Assembly (NCBI GenBank): GCA_001820055.1
Contig: MHOK01000005.1
Span: 7,371 to 71,370 of the forward strand
Reading direction: 5' to 3'
From: Candidatus Spechtbacteria bacterium RIFCSPLOWO2_12_FULL_38_22
GTDB lineage: Bacteria; Patescibacteriota; Minisyncoccia; Spechtbacterales; 2-12-FULL-38-22
DNA length: 64,000 nt
The number at the start of each line of letters is the position of its first letter. Positions within the stretch are counted from its first letter, which is position 1. Below the pieces are notes generated by a model. That model saw only the letters and a program-made list of their open reading frames with translations. It was not told the origin of the DNA and did no database searches. This document shows, piece by piece, positions 1-8,842 of this stretch. Both the position numbers and the translations under genes were made by a program.

Positions 1-110
1 ATTTATCTACGTTCAGATAAATGATACCAAACAAACACCAGCCTGTAAACACCGCCCACCGTGGCTCTGTGGTATAAGAAAAATGAGTAATAAAATGTTA
101 TTATGTTTGT

Positions 111-1664
111 ATGGAAAATAATACAAAAAAAGTGGCCCTCATAATTTTGGACGGATGGGGCGTCACGGAACCCTCAAACGGAAATGCTATATACAAAGCA
201 AAAACACCAACCGTAAATATGATAGAAAAAACCTATTTTTCTACTACCTTGCAGGCTTCTGGAATCGCAGTTGGTCTTCCTTGGGGCAGAGAAGGAAACA
301 GCGAAGTCGGGCACATAAACTTAGGGGCAGGCCGTATAGTTTATCAATATTTACCCAGAATAGTATCTAGCATAAGAGATGGTTCATTTTTCAAAAATGA
401 AGCCCTGTTGCGTGCTATAAAATTTGTAAAACGAAATGACTCAACTCTACATCTAATGGGCCTTGTTTCAAGTGGCTCTGTGCACAGCTATATAGACCAT
501 CTGTACGGCTTACTTGAGTTAGCTAAAAAAAATGATGTTAAAAAAGTTGTGCTTCATGTATTTACAGACGGCAAAGACGGTGAACCAAACGAAGGGGCAG
601 AATTTATACAAAAACTACAAGATAGGTTAAAAAAAGAAAATCTAGGAAAAATCGGAACAATCATAGGAAGAGCATACGCAATGGATAGAAATAACAAATG
701 GGATTTTACTCAAAAAACATATGAGCTCCTAACGAATGGCATAGGAGAAAAAATTACAAACATCTACGAATACCTTAAAAACTCCTACGCTACCGACAAA
801 ACAGATATGACTATAGACCCAGCTGTCGTATATGAAAACGGATCTCCTATCGGGTTAATAAAATCGCAAGACGCTCTAATATTTTTTAATTTCCGAGAAG
901 ATAGCGCAAGACAACTAACTAGAGCTTTTGTACTTTCGGACGATGAATTTGATAAGTTTCCAAGAAAAAAAATTCAAAGCTTATACTTTGTGGGTATGAC
1001 ACAATACGAGATCGGCCTTCCTTTTGAAACTGCCTTTCTTCCTCCTATCATTAAAATGCCACTAGCTGAAGTGCTGTCCAAAAATAAAAAAAAACAGTTG
1101 CACATAGCAGAAACTGAAAAATACGCACATGTCACATATTTTTTTAATGGAGAAAATGAAAAACGTTACGAAGGAGAAGAAAGAATGCTTTGCTCGTCCA
1201 CGGGGACTCCTCATTATGATAAATTCCCGGAAATGCAAGCAGACAGTATCGCCCAAAAATTTTACGAAAATATAGATAAATATGACTTCTTTCTATTAAA
1301 CTTTGCAAATGCAGATATGCTAGCCCACAGCGGAAATATTAAGGCAACAATACGGGGTATAGAAATAATAGACGCAAATCTTTCTGGAATACTTCAGGTT
1401 GCCCAAGATAAAAATATAACTATAATTATTACGTCAGACCACGGAAATGCAGAAGAGATGTTAAATCTGAAGACAGGAGAGATAATAACTAGCCATTCCA
1501 AAAACCCCGTTCCTATATATATCGTAGGCGAAAAATATACCACCGACAGCATACCCCTTTATAAAAAAGTAGCTAGTGGCGTTTTAGCTGATGTCGCGCC
1601 AACAATTTTAAAAATTATGGGACTAAACATCCCACCAGAGATGACAGGAAAACCTTTAATCTAA
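111..1664 (+). CDS. gpmI: 2,3-bisphosphoglycerate-independent phosphoglycerate mutase
   Basis: LIILDGWG, GNSEVGH (phospho-Ser), GRAYAMDR, AETEKYAHVT, TSDHGNAE motifs; 517 aa. Confidence 0.97.
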   Translation: MENNTKKVALIILDGWGVTEPSNGNAIYKAKTPTVNMIEKTYFSTTLQASGIAVGLPWGREGNSEVGHINLGAGRIVYQYLPRIVSSIRDGSFFKNEALLRAIKFVKRNDSTLHLMGLVSSGSVHSYIDHLYGLLELAKKNDVKKVVLHVFTDGKDGEPNEGAEFIQKLQDRLKKENLGKIGTIIGRAYAMDRNNKWDFTQKTYELLTNGIGEKITNIYEYLKNSYATDKTDMTIDPAVVYENGSPIGLIKSQDALIFFNFREDSARQLTRAFVLSDDEFDKFPRKKIQSLYFVGMTQYEIGLPFETAFLPPIIKMPLAEVLSKNKKKQLHIAETEKYAHVTYFFNGENEKRYEGEERMLCSSTGTPHYDKFPEMQADSIAQKFYENIDKYDFFLLNFANADMLAHSGNIKATIRGIEIIDANLSGILQVAQDKNITIIITSDHGNAEEMLNLKTGEIITSHSKNPVPIYIVGEKYTTDSIPLYKKVASGVLADVAPTILKIMGLNIPPEMTGKPLI

Positions 1665-1671
1665 GAGGTTA

Positions 1672-1778
1672 AAAAAATAGTACAACTTATTCTATCGTAA
1701 GCCTGCCTGTCTACCTGCACGTTGTACGTAGGCAGGCGGGAACGAAGTGGCAGCGTGGAATAAGCTGTACTATTTTTT
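1672..1778. repeat. Hairpin element family A, copy 1 (arms AAAAAATAGTACA..TGTACTATTTTTT; carries CCTGCCT..AGGCAGG insert at 1702-1736); probably also terminates the convergent gpmI/clpP pair
   Basis: Inverted arms and core TCGTAAG..GGGAACGAAGTGGCAGCGTGGAATAA shared with 15635-15719, 15721-15833 and 36075-36166. Confidence 0.9.
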
Positions 1779-2364
1779 ATTTTTTAGATTTGATTATATT
1801 ATCTATTAAACCGTACTTTTTTGCTTCATCTGACATTAGATAAAAATCCCGATCTGTATCTTTTGTAACCGTCTCTAAACTCTGGCCAGTATGCTTAGCC
1901 AAAATTTCATTCAAACGTTTTTTTGTATTTATTATTTGTTTTGCAGAAATTTCTATATCAGATGCCTGCCCACTCAAACCGCTAATAATCACTTGATGAA
2001 GCATCATCTCTGAATTTGGCAGTGCACTGCGTTTACCTTTGGCACCGGCAGCCAAAATCACCGCTCCCCCGGAAGCTGCCATGCCAACACAAATTGTCGC
2101 TACATCGTTTTTAACATGTTGCATTGTGTCATAAATTGCAAGAGCAGCACTCACACCACCTCCGGGACTGTTTACATATAATTGTATATCTTTTTTAGAA
2201 TCCACGCTCTCCAAAAAAAGAAGCTGGGCAATAATGGTATTTGCGGTATCATCTGATATTAGACCACCCAAAAAAACAATGTGGTCTTTAAGTAAACGAG
2301 AATATATATCGTAAGCTCTTTCACCATATTGACTTTTTTCTATAACAGTTGGAATTAAGTTCAT
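1777..2364 (-). CDS. clpP: ATP-dependent Clp protease proteolytic subunit
   Basis: [27 protein letters not shown] (catalytic Ser), MLHQ, DRD motifs. Confidence 0.98.
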   Translation of the reverse strand: MNLIPTVIEKSQYGERAYDIYSRLLKDHIVFLGGLISDDTANTIIAQLLFLESVDSKKDIQLYVNSPGGGVSAALAIYDTMQHVKNDVATICVGMAASGGAVILAAGAKGKRSALPNSEMMLHQVIISGLSGQASDIEISAKQIINTKKRLNEILAKHTGQSLETVTKDTDRDFYLMSDEAKKYGLIDNIIKSKK

Positions 2365-2414
2365 ATTCCTTCGCTCATTAGTAAATTTAAAAAATTTACT
2401 AATTCGCTTCAGTT

Positions 2415-2510
2415 AAATTAAACATTTAAAATGAAAAGTGAAAATTTTAGTAATTACTTTCGTAATTTTTAATTTTAAATTGCCCGCTTCGCCAAAGCTT
2501 TAGCGAGGCG
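2415..2510. repeat. Degenerate opposed heptamer arrays (TGAAAAG/TGAAAAT then TAATTTT) followed by palindrome CGCTTCGCCAAAGCTTTAGCGAGGCG (2485-2510)
   Basis: Read directly in the tig-clpP spacer. Confidence 0.6.
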
Positions 2511-2519
2511 AGTCGTTTT

Positions 2520-3545
2520 TTATTTTACATTAACGGCCTCTAGCAATTCAAATACTTTCTCATTTCTTATTATACCACGAATATGAACTCGTAACGCATC
2601 TGGATCAATTTGTTTTTCAGCTTCTTTAGAACTACCAAACTGTATTAAATACCTGTTTGCCTCATCTTCCACCTCTTTCTCGTCAGGAACAAAACCTTCT
2701 TTATCTGCTATTAGGCGTAGCAACAAAGAATTAACAGTTCTCTGATTTGCTTTGTCTCTCCACCCGTCTCTAACCTCTTTTAAGTTCTGCTTCGCGTTTT
2801 CTAAATATTTATCCAGCGTCATGTCCATTGACGCAATCTGCTGGCTTAGTTCGTCCTGCATTTTATCTAGCTCTTGCTCTATTAAACTATCTGGCAATTT
2901 AACTTTTATTTTATTTCCTACAGCCTCCAATATTAATAATCTAAGTTTTTGTCTCTCTTGATATTTTTTTTCCTCCATCATGCCCTCCCTCAAGCTTTGT
3001 TTAAGTCCCTCAAGTGTTTTAAATTCTCCTATCTCTTGAGCAAACTTGTCATCTAGCTCTGGTTTTTTGTCCTTATCTTTAACTCTTGAGTTCCTCAACC
3101 ACTCAAGCGCGCTATCTACTTCCTTATCCTCTACCTCCATTTTCACCTTATGTTTGGTCAGTATGTTTTTGGCTATTGCCTTATAATCCGGTAAATCAAT
3201 TTTTGGTAGCAGAGGAACAACAATTCGAAACTCAAAATCGTTTCCGTAAGCTATTTTTAAAATTTTTATATCTGGCCTTCCGATTGGTTCTATGTTGTTT
3301 TTTTCTATTACATAAACATAGTTATCTTGTATGGCTTCCTCTGCGGCCTCCTGAAAAATTACTTCCCTTCCCAAATGATTTTCTACAACATTGCGGGGGA
3401 TATGTCCTTGGCGGAATCCTTTTATTTTTATATCTTTAGATAACCTGTCTACTACCCTGCTAACAAAGCGCTCCATATCGCTTGGAGTAAGCACAATATC
3501 TATTTGTTTTTGTGAATTTTCTAAATCCTTAATTTCAATTTTCAT
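2520..3545 (-). CDS. tig: Trigger factor lacking the central PPIase (FKBP) domain
   Basis: KGFRQGHIP ribosome-binding motif, PELDDKFA, C-terminal chaperone domain; upstream of clpP; only 341 aa. Confidence 0.93.
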   Translation of the reverse strand: MKIEIKDLENSQKQIDIVLTPSDMERFVSRVVDRLSKDIKIKGFRQGHIPRNVVENHLGREVIFQEAAEEAIQDNYVYVIEKNNIEPIGRPDIKILKIAYGNDFEFRIVVPLLPKIDLPDYKAIAKNILTKHKVKMEVEDKEVDSALEWLRNSRVKDKDKKPELDDKFAQEIGEFKTLEGLKQSLREGMMEEKKYQERQKLRLLILEAVGNKIKVKLPDSLIEQELDKMQDELSQQIASMDMTLDKYLENAKQNLKEVRDGWRDKANQRTVNSLLLRLIADKEGFVPDEKEVEDEANRYLIQFGSSKEAEKQIDPDALRVHIRGIIRNEKVFELLEAVNVK

Positions 3546-5452
3546 ATAAGAAATATAACCAAGAATACAGAAAACACAGCTATAGATAGTATGCTAACCA
3601 TCAAAGTTCCCACGTAAGAATAACTATCTCCAATACCGACCATGTTGTCTGAGTCTAAAATTCTATTTATTATTTTTGCAAATTTATCTGGTGATTTATT
3701 TTTTAGAGCATTAACCACCTTGTCTTCGCTGTCAAAGATTATATGCATAGCTAAAAATGTTCCAAGAATAATACTACCCACGACAAGTCCGCCCAAAGCT
3801 TCGGCTCCAAACAACAAGCTGACAACTAGGGGAACCAAAATGATAATGGACAACAACAAAATACTTTCTCTAAATACAGAGGACGCAATCATGCCGACAA
3901 AAGCGTTGTGATCTGGGTTTATGGTTCTTCCGGCCTTGCCCCTTAATTCCTTTAGCTGTTTTGACAAATAACCCACCAGCCTTAAGCGTATCTTTTGAGG
4001 AAAATGATACGTAAAGTACAGAATCCAGTAAATAAGCGAGCCTCCTAAAAACAAGCTTGCTAGTACGGTTGGGTTGTCTAAGGCAAAATCAAGATGCGTT
4101 GCCTTGCTTGTTATTTCCTGTTTATACAGAAAAAACATAATTATGCTAGCTAATACTGACGCAAACCAAGTATATACGTTAACTCCAACTCTAAAAATTC
4201 TGCTTATAAAATGAAGTTTATCTATGGTATTTATACTCTCTTGCGGAAGTTCTGTTATTTTAGAAAAACTACGAGCGTTGTCTGTAACAGACGAAAATAC
4301 TAGTAGAGAAACGATAGAACTACCCACAGATACAAAGGCCACAACGAATAACGACACCGCATAAATACCCGCCAAAACGTAACTAAACCCTATAAATATT
4401 GGAATAGTGAGCGTAATTGTTGCTATAGACTTTATAACCCCCAAGTTTTTCCATCGCGCAATGTAATAAAAACACGATATAAATCCAGCAGCCCAAAAAC
4501 CAAAAATGGAAGAAAGCCATACAGACACATCAGAATACTGCGGGCTTGCGCTTAAAACCCATGCAAGAAGCGGAAATAAAATTACAGATGCAACTAGCAC
4601 TGTTGCAAATACAGATAAAAATATGTTTTTTAGGATATTAGTAGTAGTTCCAGCTCTTACCAACTTGACTCCGATGAAAGATGAAAATAGCCCCACCGCT
4701 GCTATTAAAGAAGGTAAAATCGTGTCCCCCAATACAGAAGACCCAATGATGATAGCTCCTGTTATGCTTATGGTGAATATCCCAAATATGATTGTCGGTA
4801 GTCCAATGCCGTCCTCTATATCATACCCAACCAAAGATGCCACAATTTGTGGATCTCTAGATTCTTTTTCTGTCTTCTTTCTTCCGGAATCTATAAAAAA
4901 CTTCTTATCTGTCAACACCGTCTGCGTATAGCTTGCAATACCTATTCTGGAAAAAGCCATAACAAGTGTAGCGCCCAATGTCATAGCTACTAAATCTTCT
5001 GCACTGGGGTCTAGTGTTATTCTGTATAGAGAAATTATAAAAAGCGAAAGTCCCAATATAAAAACGCTAAAGATATTTCCGCCTTCCAAAATAGACCTAA
5101 AGGACTCGATTAATCCTTTATACGAATTATCTGCAATTTTAGAGTTAAGTTTGTTCAAAAACAAAAGAGATATATATGCCACCAATCCCGCGCCAACAAC
5201 TCCTATGATAAACCCCAGCGCCGTACTAAAATCTAAAAACGGTACGCTTAAAATAACTATCAATATAATCAAAGCAAATACACCTATGATTCTGTATAGT
5301 CTGAATAAATACACAAAAGATATTTTTTGAACCTTACTCGCCAGAGCAGCTATTTCAATATTTCCCAACTTTCCAAAAAAATGCTTCTGACTGGTATAAA
5401 TAGAGTATATAAGCGCAAGAAAGGATATTGTAAGAGGCACAAGAAAAAACAT
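3542..5452 (-). CDS. Membrane-bound H+/Na+-pyrophosphatase (HppA)-like polytopic protein with degenerate catalytic motifs
   Basis: Many TM segments; collinear remnants SRDPQIVASLVG, VTDNA, LDNPTVLASLFLGG, GAEALGGLVVG, VGIGDSY. Confidence 0.75.
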   Translation of the reverse strand: MFFLVPLTISFLALIYSIYTSQKHFFGKLGNIEIAALASKVQKISFVYLFRLYRIIGVFALIILIVILSVPFLDFSTALGFIIGVVGAGLVAYISLLFLNKLNSKIADNSYKGLIESFRSILEGGNIFSVFILGLSLFIISLYRITLDPSAEDLVAMTLGATLVMAFSRIGIASYTQTVLTDKKFFIDSGRKKTEKESRDPQIVASLVGYDIEDGIGLPTIIFGIFTISITGAIIIGSSVLGDTILPSLIAAVGLFSSFIGVKLVRAGTTTNILKNIFLSVFATVLVASVILFPLLAWVLSASPQYSDVSVWLSSIFGFWAAGFISCFYYIARWKNLGVIKSIATITLTIPIFIGFSYVLAGIYAVSLFVVAFVSVGSSIVSLLVFSSVTDNARSFSKITELPQESINTIDKLHFISRIFRVGVNVYTWFASVLASIIMFFLYKQEITSKATHLDFALDNPTVLASLFLGGSLIYWILYFTYHFPQKIRLRLVGYLSKQLKELRGKAGRTINPDHNAFVGMIASSVFRESILLLSIIILVPLVVSLLFGAEALGGLVVGSIILGTFLAMHIIFDSEDKVVNALKNKSPDKFAKIINRILDSDNMVGIGDSYSYVGTLMVSILSIAVFSVFLVIFLI

Positions 5453-5457
5453 AAAAG

Positions 5458-6840
5458 TTAACTTTTGAGTTTTTTAACACTTCCTTTTTTCTTTTTGATT
5501 TTAGTTCCTGTTTTGCTTTTTTTATTTTCTCCCACTAAATCTTCGTCAGTCTTTTCTACTGAAGCTTCGGCTTCTGCCTCAGCACCTAAATTTTTTGGGC
5601 TTTCAGCGGTTTCTGTTTTTTTAAAATTTTCGCTTACGACAGTTTCCCCTTCTTCTTCCACTCTCTGTTCTGCTTCTTCTGATGTTTCTTCAACCTCTCC
5701 TGTTTCTTTACTTACAATATCTATCTTCCAACCCGTAAGTTTAGCGGCTAGCCGAACATTCTGGCCCTCTTTGCCTATGGCAAGTGAAAGCTGGTCTTCA
5801 GCAACCGTAACCTCTGCTCTGTTTCTCCCTATTTTAGCGCTTAAAACTTTGGCCGGACTTAAAGAATTTGCGATAAATTCCTCTGAATCCTGTTTCCACT
5901 CAATAATATCTATTTTTTCTCCTCCTAATTCATGTATAACTGCCGTAACACGCGTACCGCGCTGCCCAACACAAGAACCAATCGGATCCACCCCGTCTTC
6001 GTTGCTCATAACTGCAATTTTGCTCCTGCTTCCTGCTTCTCTTGCCACCGCTTTTATCTCTACTGTCCCTGTTCCAATTTCTGGAACCTCTAATTCAAAT
6101 AAACGAGATAAAATTTTAGGGTGAGATCTAGATACAAAAATCTGAGGACCCCTTTGACCCTGTTCAAGCTCTGCCAAGTAAAGACGCATTCTTTGTCCAA
6201 TTCTGTATCTCTCACGAGGCATTCTGTCTTTTGCAAGCATGATGCCGGTTGTTTTACCTAGATCAAAAAATATAGTATTGCCCTCAATACGTTGCACTAC
6301 ACCACTGACAATACTATCTATTTTCTCTTCATACTCCTCAAATACCGCCTCCCTTTCTGCTTCACGAATTCTCTGTATTATTACCTGCTTGGCAGTTTGC
6401 GCGGCGATGCGTCCAAAATCTTCCCGGACATCAAGGTCAAAACGCAAAACATCCTCTGGCTGTGCCTTGGAATTAATTTTTTTTGCCTCATCAACCATTA
6501 TGTGTTTTTCTTCATTGAAACGCACCTTCTTTTGCATATCCTCATCGTCTTCCTCATTAATCTCCGGCAATTCTCCAGCCTCTCTTAAACGAGCTTCTTC
6601 TTCCAATTCTTCTTCGCTTTTTATCATATCTTCGTTCACCACTATTTTTTCTTGCCAAATATCAAATTTACCGGTTGCTGAATCCAGTTTTGCCTTAATT
6701 ATTTGGCCTCTTTGGCCATAGTCTTTTTTATAAGCGGCGGCGATTGCAAGCTCAACCGTTTCTAAGATTTTTTCACGGCTTATGCCTTTTTCCTCTTCAA
6801 TTTGACTTACCGCAGATATAAAATTTTTTAAATCAATCAT
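5458..6840 (-). CDS. nusA: Transcription termination/antitermination factor NusA
   Basis: FGRIAAQTAKQVIIQRIREAERE, AREAGSRSKIAV, LSLAIGKEGQNVRLAAKLTGW; start placed at ATG 6840. Confidence 0.98.
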   Translation of the reverse strand: MIDLKNFISAVSQIEEEKGISREKILETVELAIAAAYKKDYGQRGQIIKAKLDSATGKFDIWQEKIVVNEDMIKSEEELEEEARLREAGELPEINEEDDEDMQKKVRFNEEKHIMVDEAKKINSKAQPEDVLRFDLDVREDFGRIAAQTAKQVIIQRIREAEREAVFEEYEEKIDSIVSGVVQRIEGNTIFFDLGKTTGIMLAKDRMPRERYRIGQRMRLYLAELEQGQRGPQIFVSRSHPKILSRLFELEVPEIGTGTVEIKAVAREAGSRSKIAVMSNEDGVDPIGSCVGQRGTRVTAVIHELGGEKIDIIEWKQDSEEFIANSLSPAKVLSAKIGRNRAEVTVAEDQLSLAIGKEGQNVRLAAKLTGWKIDIVSKETGEVEETSEEAEQRVEEEGETVVSENFKKTETAESPKNLGAEAEAEASVEKTDEDLVGENKKSKTGTKIKKKKGSVKKLKS

Positions 6841-6923
6841 ATATGTTTTTACTAAAAAAGCTCGTTCCATGAACGAACTTCAGTTTATGTGTACAGTATA
6901 GCATAAATGAAATAAAATTACAA

Positions 6924-7125
6924 TAGCAACTAAACGACTATATAACAATATAACCAGATACAATATAACTATACAACAACATAACTACATAACCGCACAA
7001 TCAAACTACCACACAAGGGGTTTGGTAATCTGGTAATTTAGTAATCTGATGATTTAGTTATTTGGTTATTATAGTAATTTAGTTATCCTGCGATATAGTA
7101 ATCCGGCAATTTAGTAATGTGGTTA
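6924..7125. repeat. Bipartite octamer array: (ATATAACT/ACATAACC)n then (TAGTAATC/TGGTAATT)n
   Basis: Period-8 units read directly; reverse-complement architecture of 37590-37820. Confidence 0.85.
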
Positions 7126-7503
7126 TCTGACAGCATTTCTATAATATCTTAATCTTGCAACTTTGTTGGCGTTATTTATCTCCAGCGCCGCAAGGTCTAT
7201 TCTATAATCTGTGTCCTCTGGATAGTTGTTTTTTATTAAATATACCTGTGCGGTTTTTATAACTCTTTGAGCCTTTTTGTAATCAAAATGCTCTTCGGGT
7301 TTAAAATATTCTATGTACTTTGCGTCTAGCGCTTTTACTTCAACAAATACTACTGTGCGTTTATCTTTTGCAATAATATCTATCTCTCCAGTTTTGTATG
7401 AAAAATTTCTGTCAATAATTTTAAACTCTAAATCTTTTTTAAGATATTTAACTACCAAATCCTCTCCCAAGTTTCCAGTTTTTATATTATTGTGTTTAAC
7501 CAT
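7123..7503 (-). CDS. yraN: YraN family (UPF0102) PD-(D/E)xK endonuclease
   Basis: GNLGED, GEIDIIA, VFVEVK, YRIDL motifs; start placed at ATG 7503. Confidence 0.9.
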   Translation of the reverse strand: MVKHNNIKTGNLGEDLVVKYLKKDLEFKIIDRNFSYKTGEIDIIAKDKRTVVFVEVKALDAKYIEYFKPEEHFDYKKAQRVIKTAQVYLIKNNYPEDTDYRIDLAALEINNANKVARLRYYRNAVR

Positions 7504-7526
7504 TTCTTGTGTAGTATAATAACAAT

Positions 7527-8225
7527 ATGTTTCCTTTGTCCAGCGAAAATGAACAAACTGCAAAAAGTATCGTAGAAAAGTTAAAAATAGAACGCCGAGA
7601 AAGAAGCAATAAACTTCCAGTACTTAGCTTTAGGCGCCTATATAGTATACTAAACGGGGACGAAAAACTCTTTGTAAAAAATCTACTTAACCAAAATCCT
7701 AAGACATATGGTTTCAATGGACCATTTTTAGGCATAGAAAAGGTCCCACTTTTTCTCAAAAAAATACGGGGACAAAAATATACGCGTGAGAGAGAAGAAG
7801 AGGAAATCGCGCAACAATACTTACCGTTCCAGGTATGGCTGGCATACAAAAAACTAAGCAAAGCAATGAAAAATGAAATTGGCAAAGAGATACTAATCGA
7901 ATCTGGTTATCGATCTCCTGCGTATCAAGTGCTTACGTTTCTATATTCTTTAGTTGAAAAACATAAGTTGGACTACGAAAAAACATTGAATCTTGTTGCG
8001 CTTCCCGGTTACAGCCAACACGGACACCCTCCGCTTCAAGCAATAGACTTTACAACCAAGGACGGCGCGCTTAGAGGTGAAAAAATGGGATTTGAAAATA
8101 CAAGTGAGTACGACTGGCTATCAAAAAGTGCAAATAAATACCACTTCCACCTTTCTTACCCTAAAAATAATGCACTGGGTATTAGATTTGAACCCTGGCA
8201 CTGGCACTATCAAAAACAAAATTAA
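7527..8225 (+). CDS. M15B family D-alanyl-D-alanine carboxypeptidase (VanY-like)
   Basis: SGYRS, ALPGYSQHG, AIDF, EPWHW Zn-binding motifs. Confidence 0.88.
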   Translation: MFPLSSENEQTAKSIVEKLKIERRERSNKLPVLSFRRLYSILNGDEKLFVKNLLNQNPKTYGFNGPFLGIEKVPLFLKKIRGQKYTREREEEEIAQQYLPFQVWLAYKKLSKAMKNEIGKEILIESGYRSPAYQVLTFLYSLVEKHKLDYEKTLNLVALPGYSQHGHPPLQAIDFTTKDGALRGEKMGFENTSEYDWLSKSANKYHFHLSYPKNNALGIRFEPWHWHYQKQN

Positions 8226-8240
8226 AAACTACAAAAAAAA

Positions 8241-8732
8241 ATGGCGGACCCAAGAATAAAATTTGACTTATTTAGCACATATATAGCAACTATAAAAAAC
8301 TCCGTCGGAACGAAAATGTTCCGAAATATTTATGTTATAGAAAACAAGAGACGCAGAGATGTCGCAAAAAACGGTAGAGTTTCGTGCGCCGCTTTTGTTT
8401 CCTCTGTTTTAGTAATATCCGACAACTTAATAAAATCATCTCACACAACCGTAAAAGGATTACTGGAAGATATGCGGGAAAGTGGCTGGCATAAAATAGA
8501 CAAACCCAAAAAGGGTGCCGTGCTTGTATGGACACCCTTAAAACAAATGGAAGACTTGTCTAAAGATATTATAAGTTTTCCCTGGGAAAATGAGGACAGG
8601 TGGCATCCTGGATTTTATGTTGGCAAAAATACGGCAATAAGCAATAATTCAGATAGCGGGACACCCACAAAACACCCGTGGACTTACAGAAAAGTGGACA
8701 GCATTTGGTGGAACGATAGACTAAATAACTAG
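8241..8732 (+). CDS. Hypothetical protein, probable NlpC/P60-superfamily (Cys-His) amidase
   Basis: SCAAFVSSVL, PKKGAVLVW, HPGFYVG, AISNNS pattern. Confidence 0.6.
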   Translation: MADPRIKFDLFSTYIATIKNSVGTKMFRNIYVIENKRRRDVAKNGRVSCAAFVSSVLVISDNLIKSSHTTVKGLLEDMRESGWHKIDKPKKGAVLVWTPLKQMEDLSKDIISFPWENEDRWHPGFYVGKNTAISNNSDSGTPTKHPWTYRKVDSIWWNDRLNN

Positions 8733-8757
8733 AACTACTAGCCATTAACCACCCTTT

Positions 8758-8803
8758 AAATAAACGTTTCAATCCGCCAGCTGGCGGATTGAAACGTTTA
8801 TTT
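8758..8803. repeat. Perfect 46-bp palindrome AAATAAACGTTTCAATCCGCCAG|CTGGCGGATTGAAACGTTTATTT
   Basis: Self-complementary; arms shared with 50405-50457. Confidence 0.92.
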
Positions 8804-8842
8804 GTTGATAAATCAAACAATTTGTGGCATTATAAGTTAACA

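Noticed and set aside
5465-6721. Long plus-strand ORFs (219 aa, 160 aa) opposite nusA, and similar antisense ORFs throughout the track
   Set aside because: Ser/Phe/Leu-rich shadows of real genes with no independent motifs
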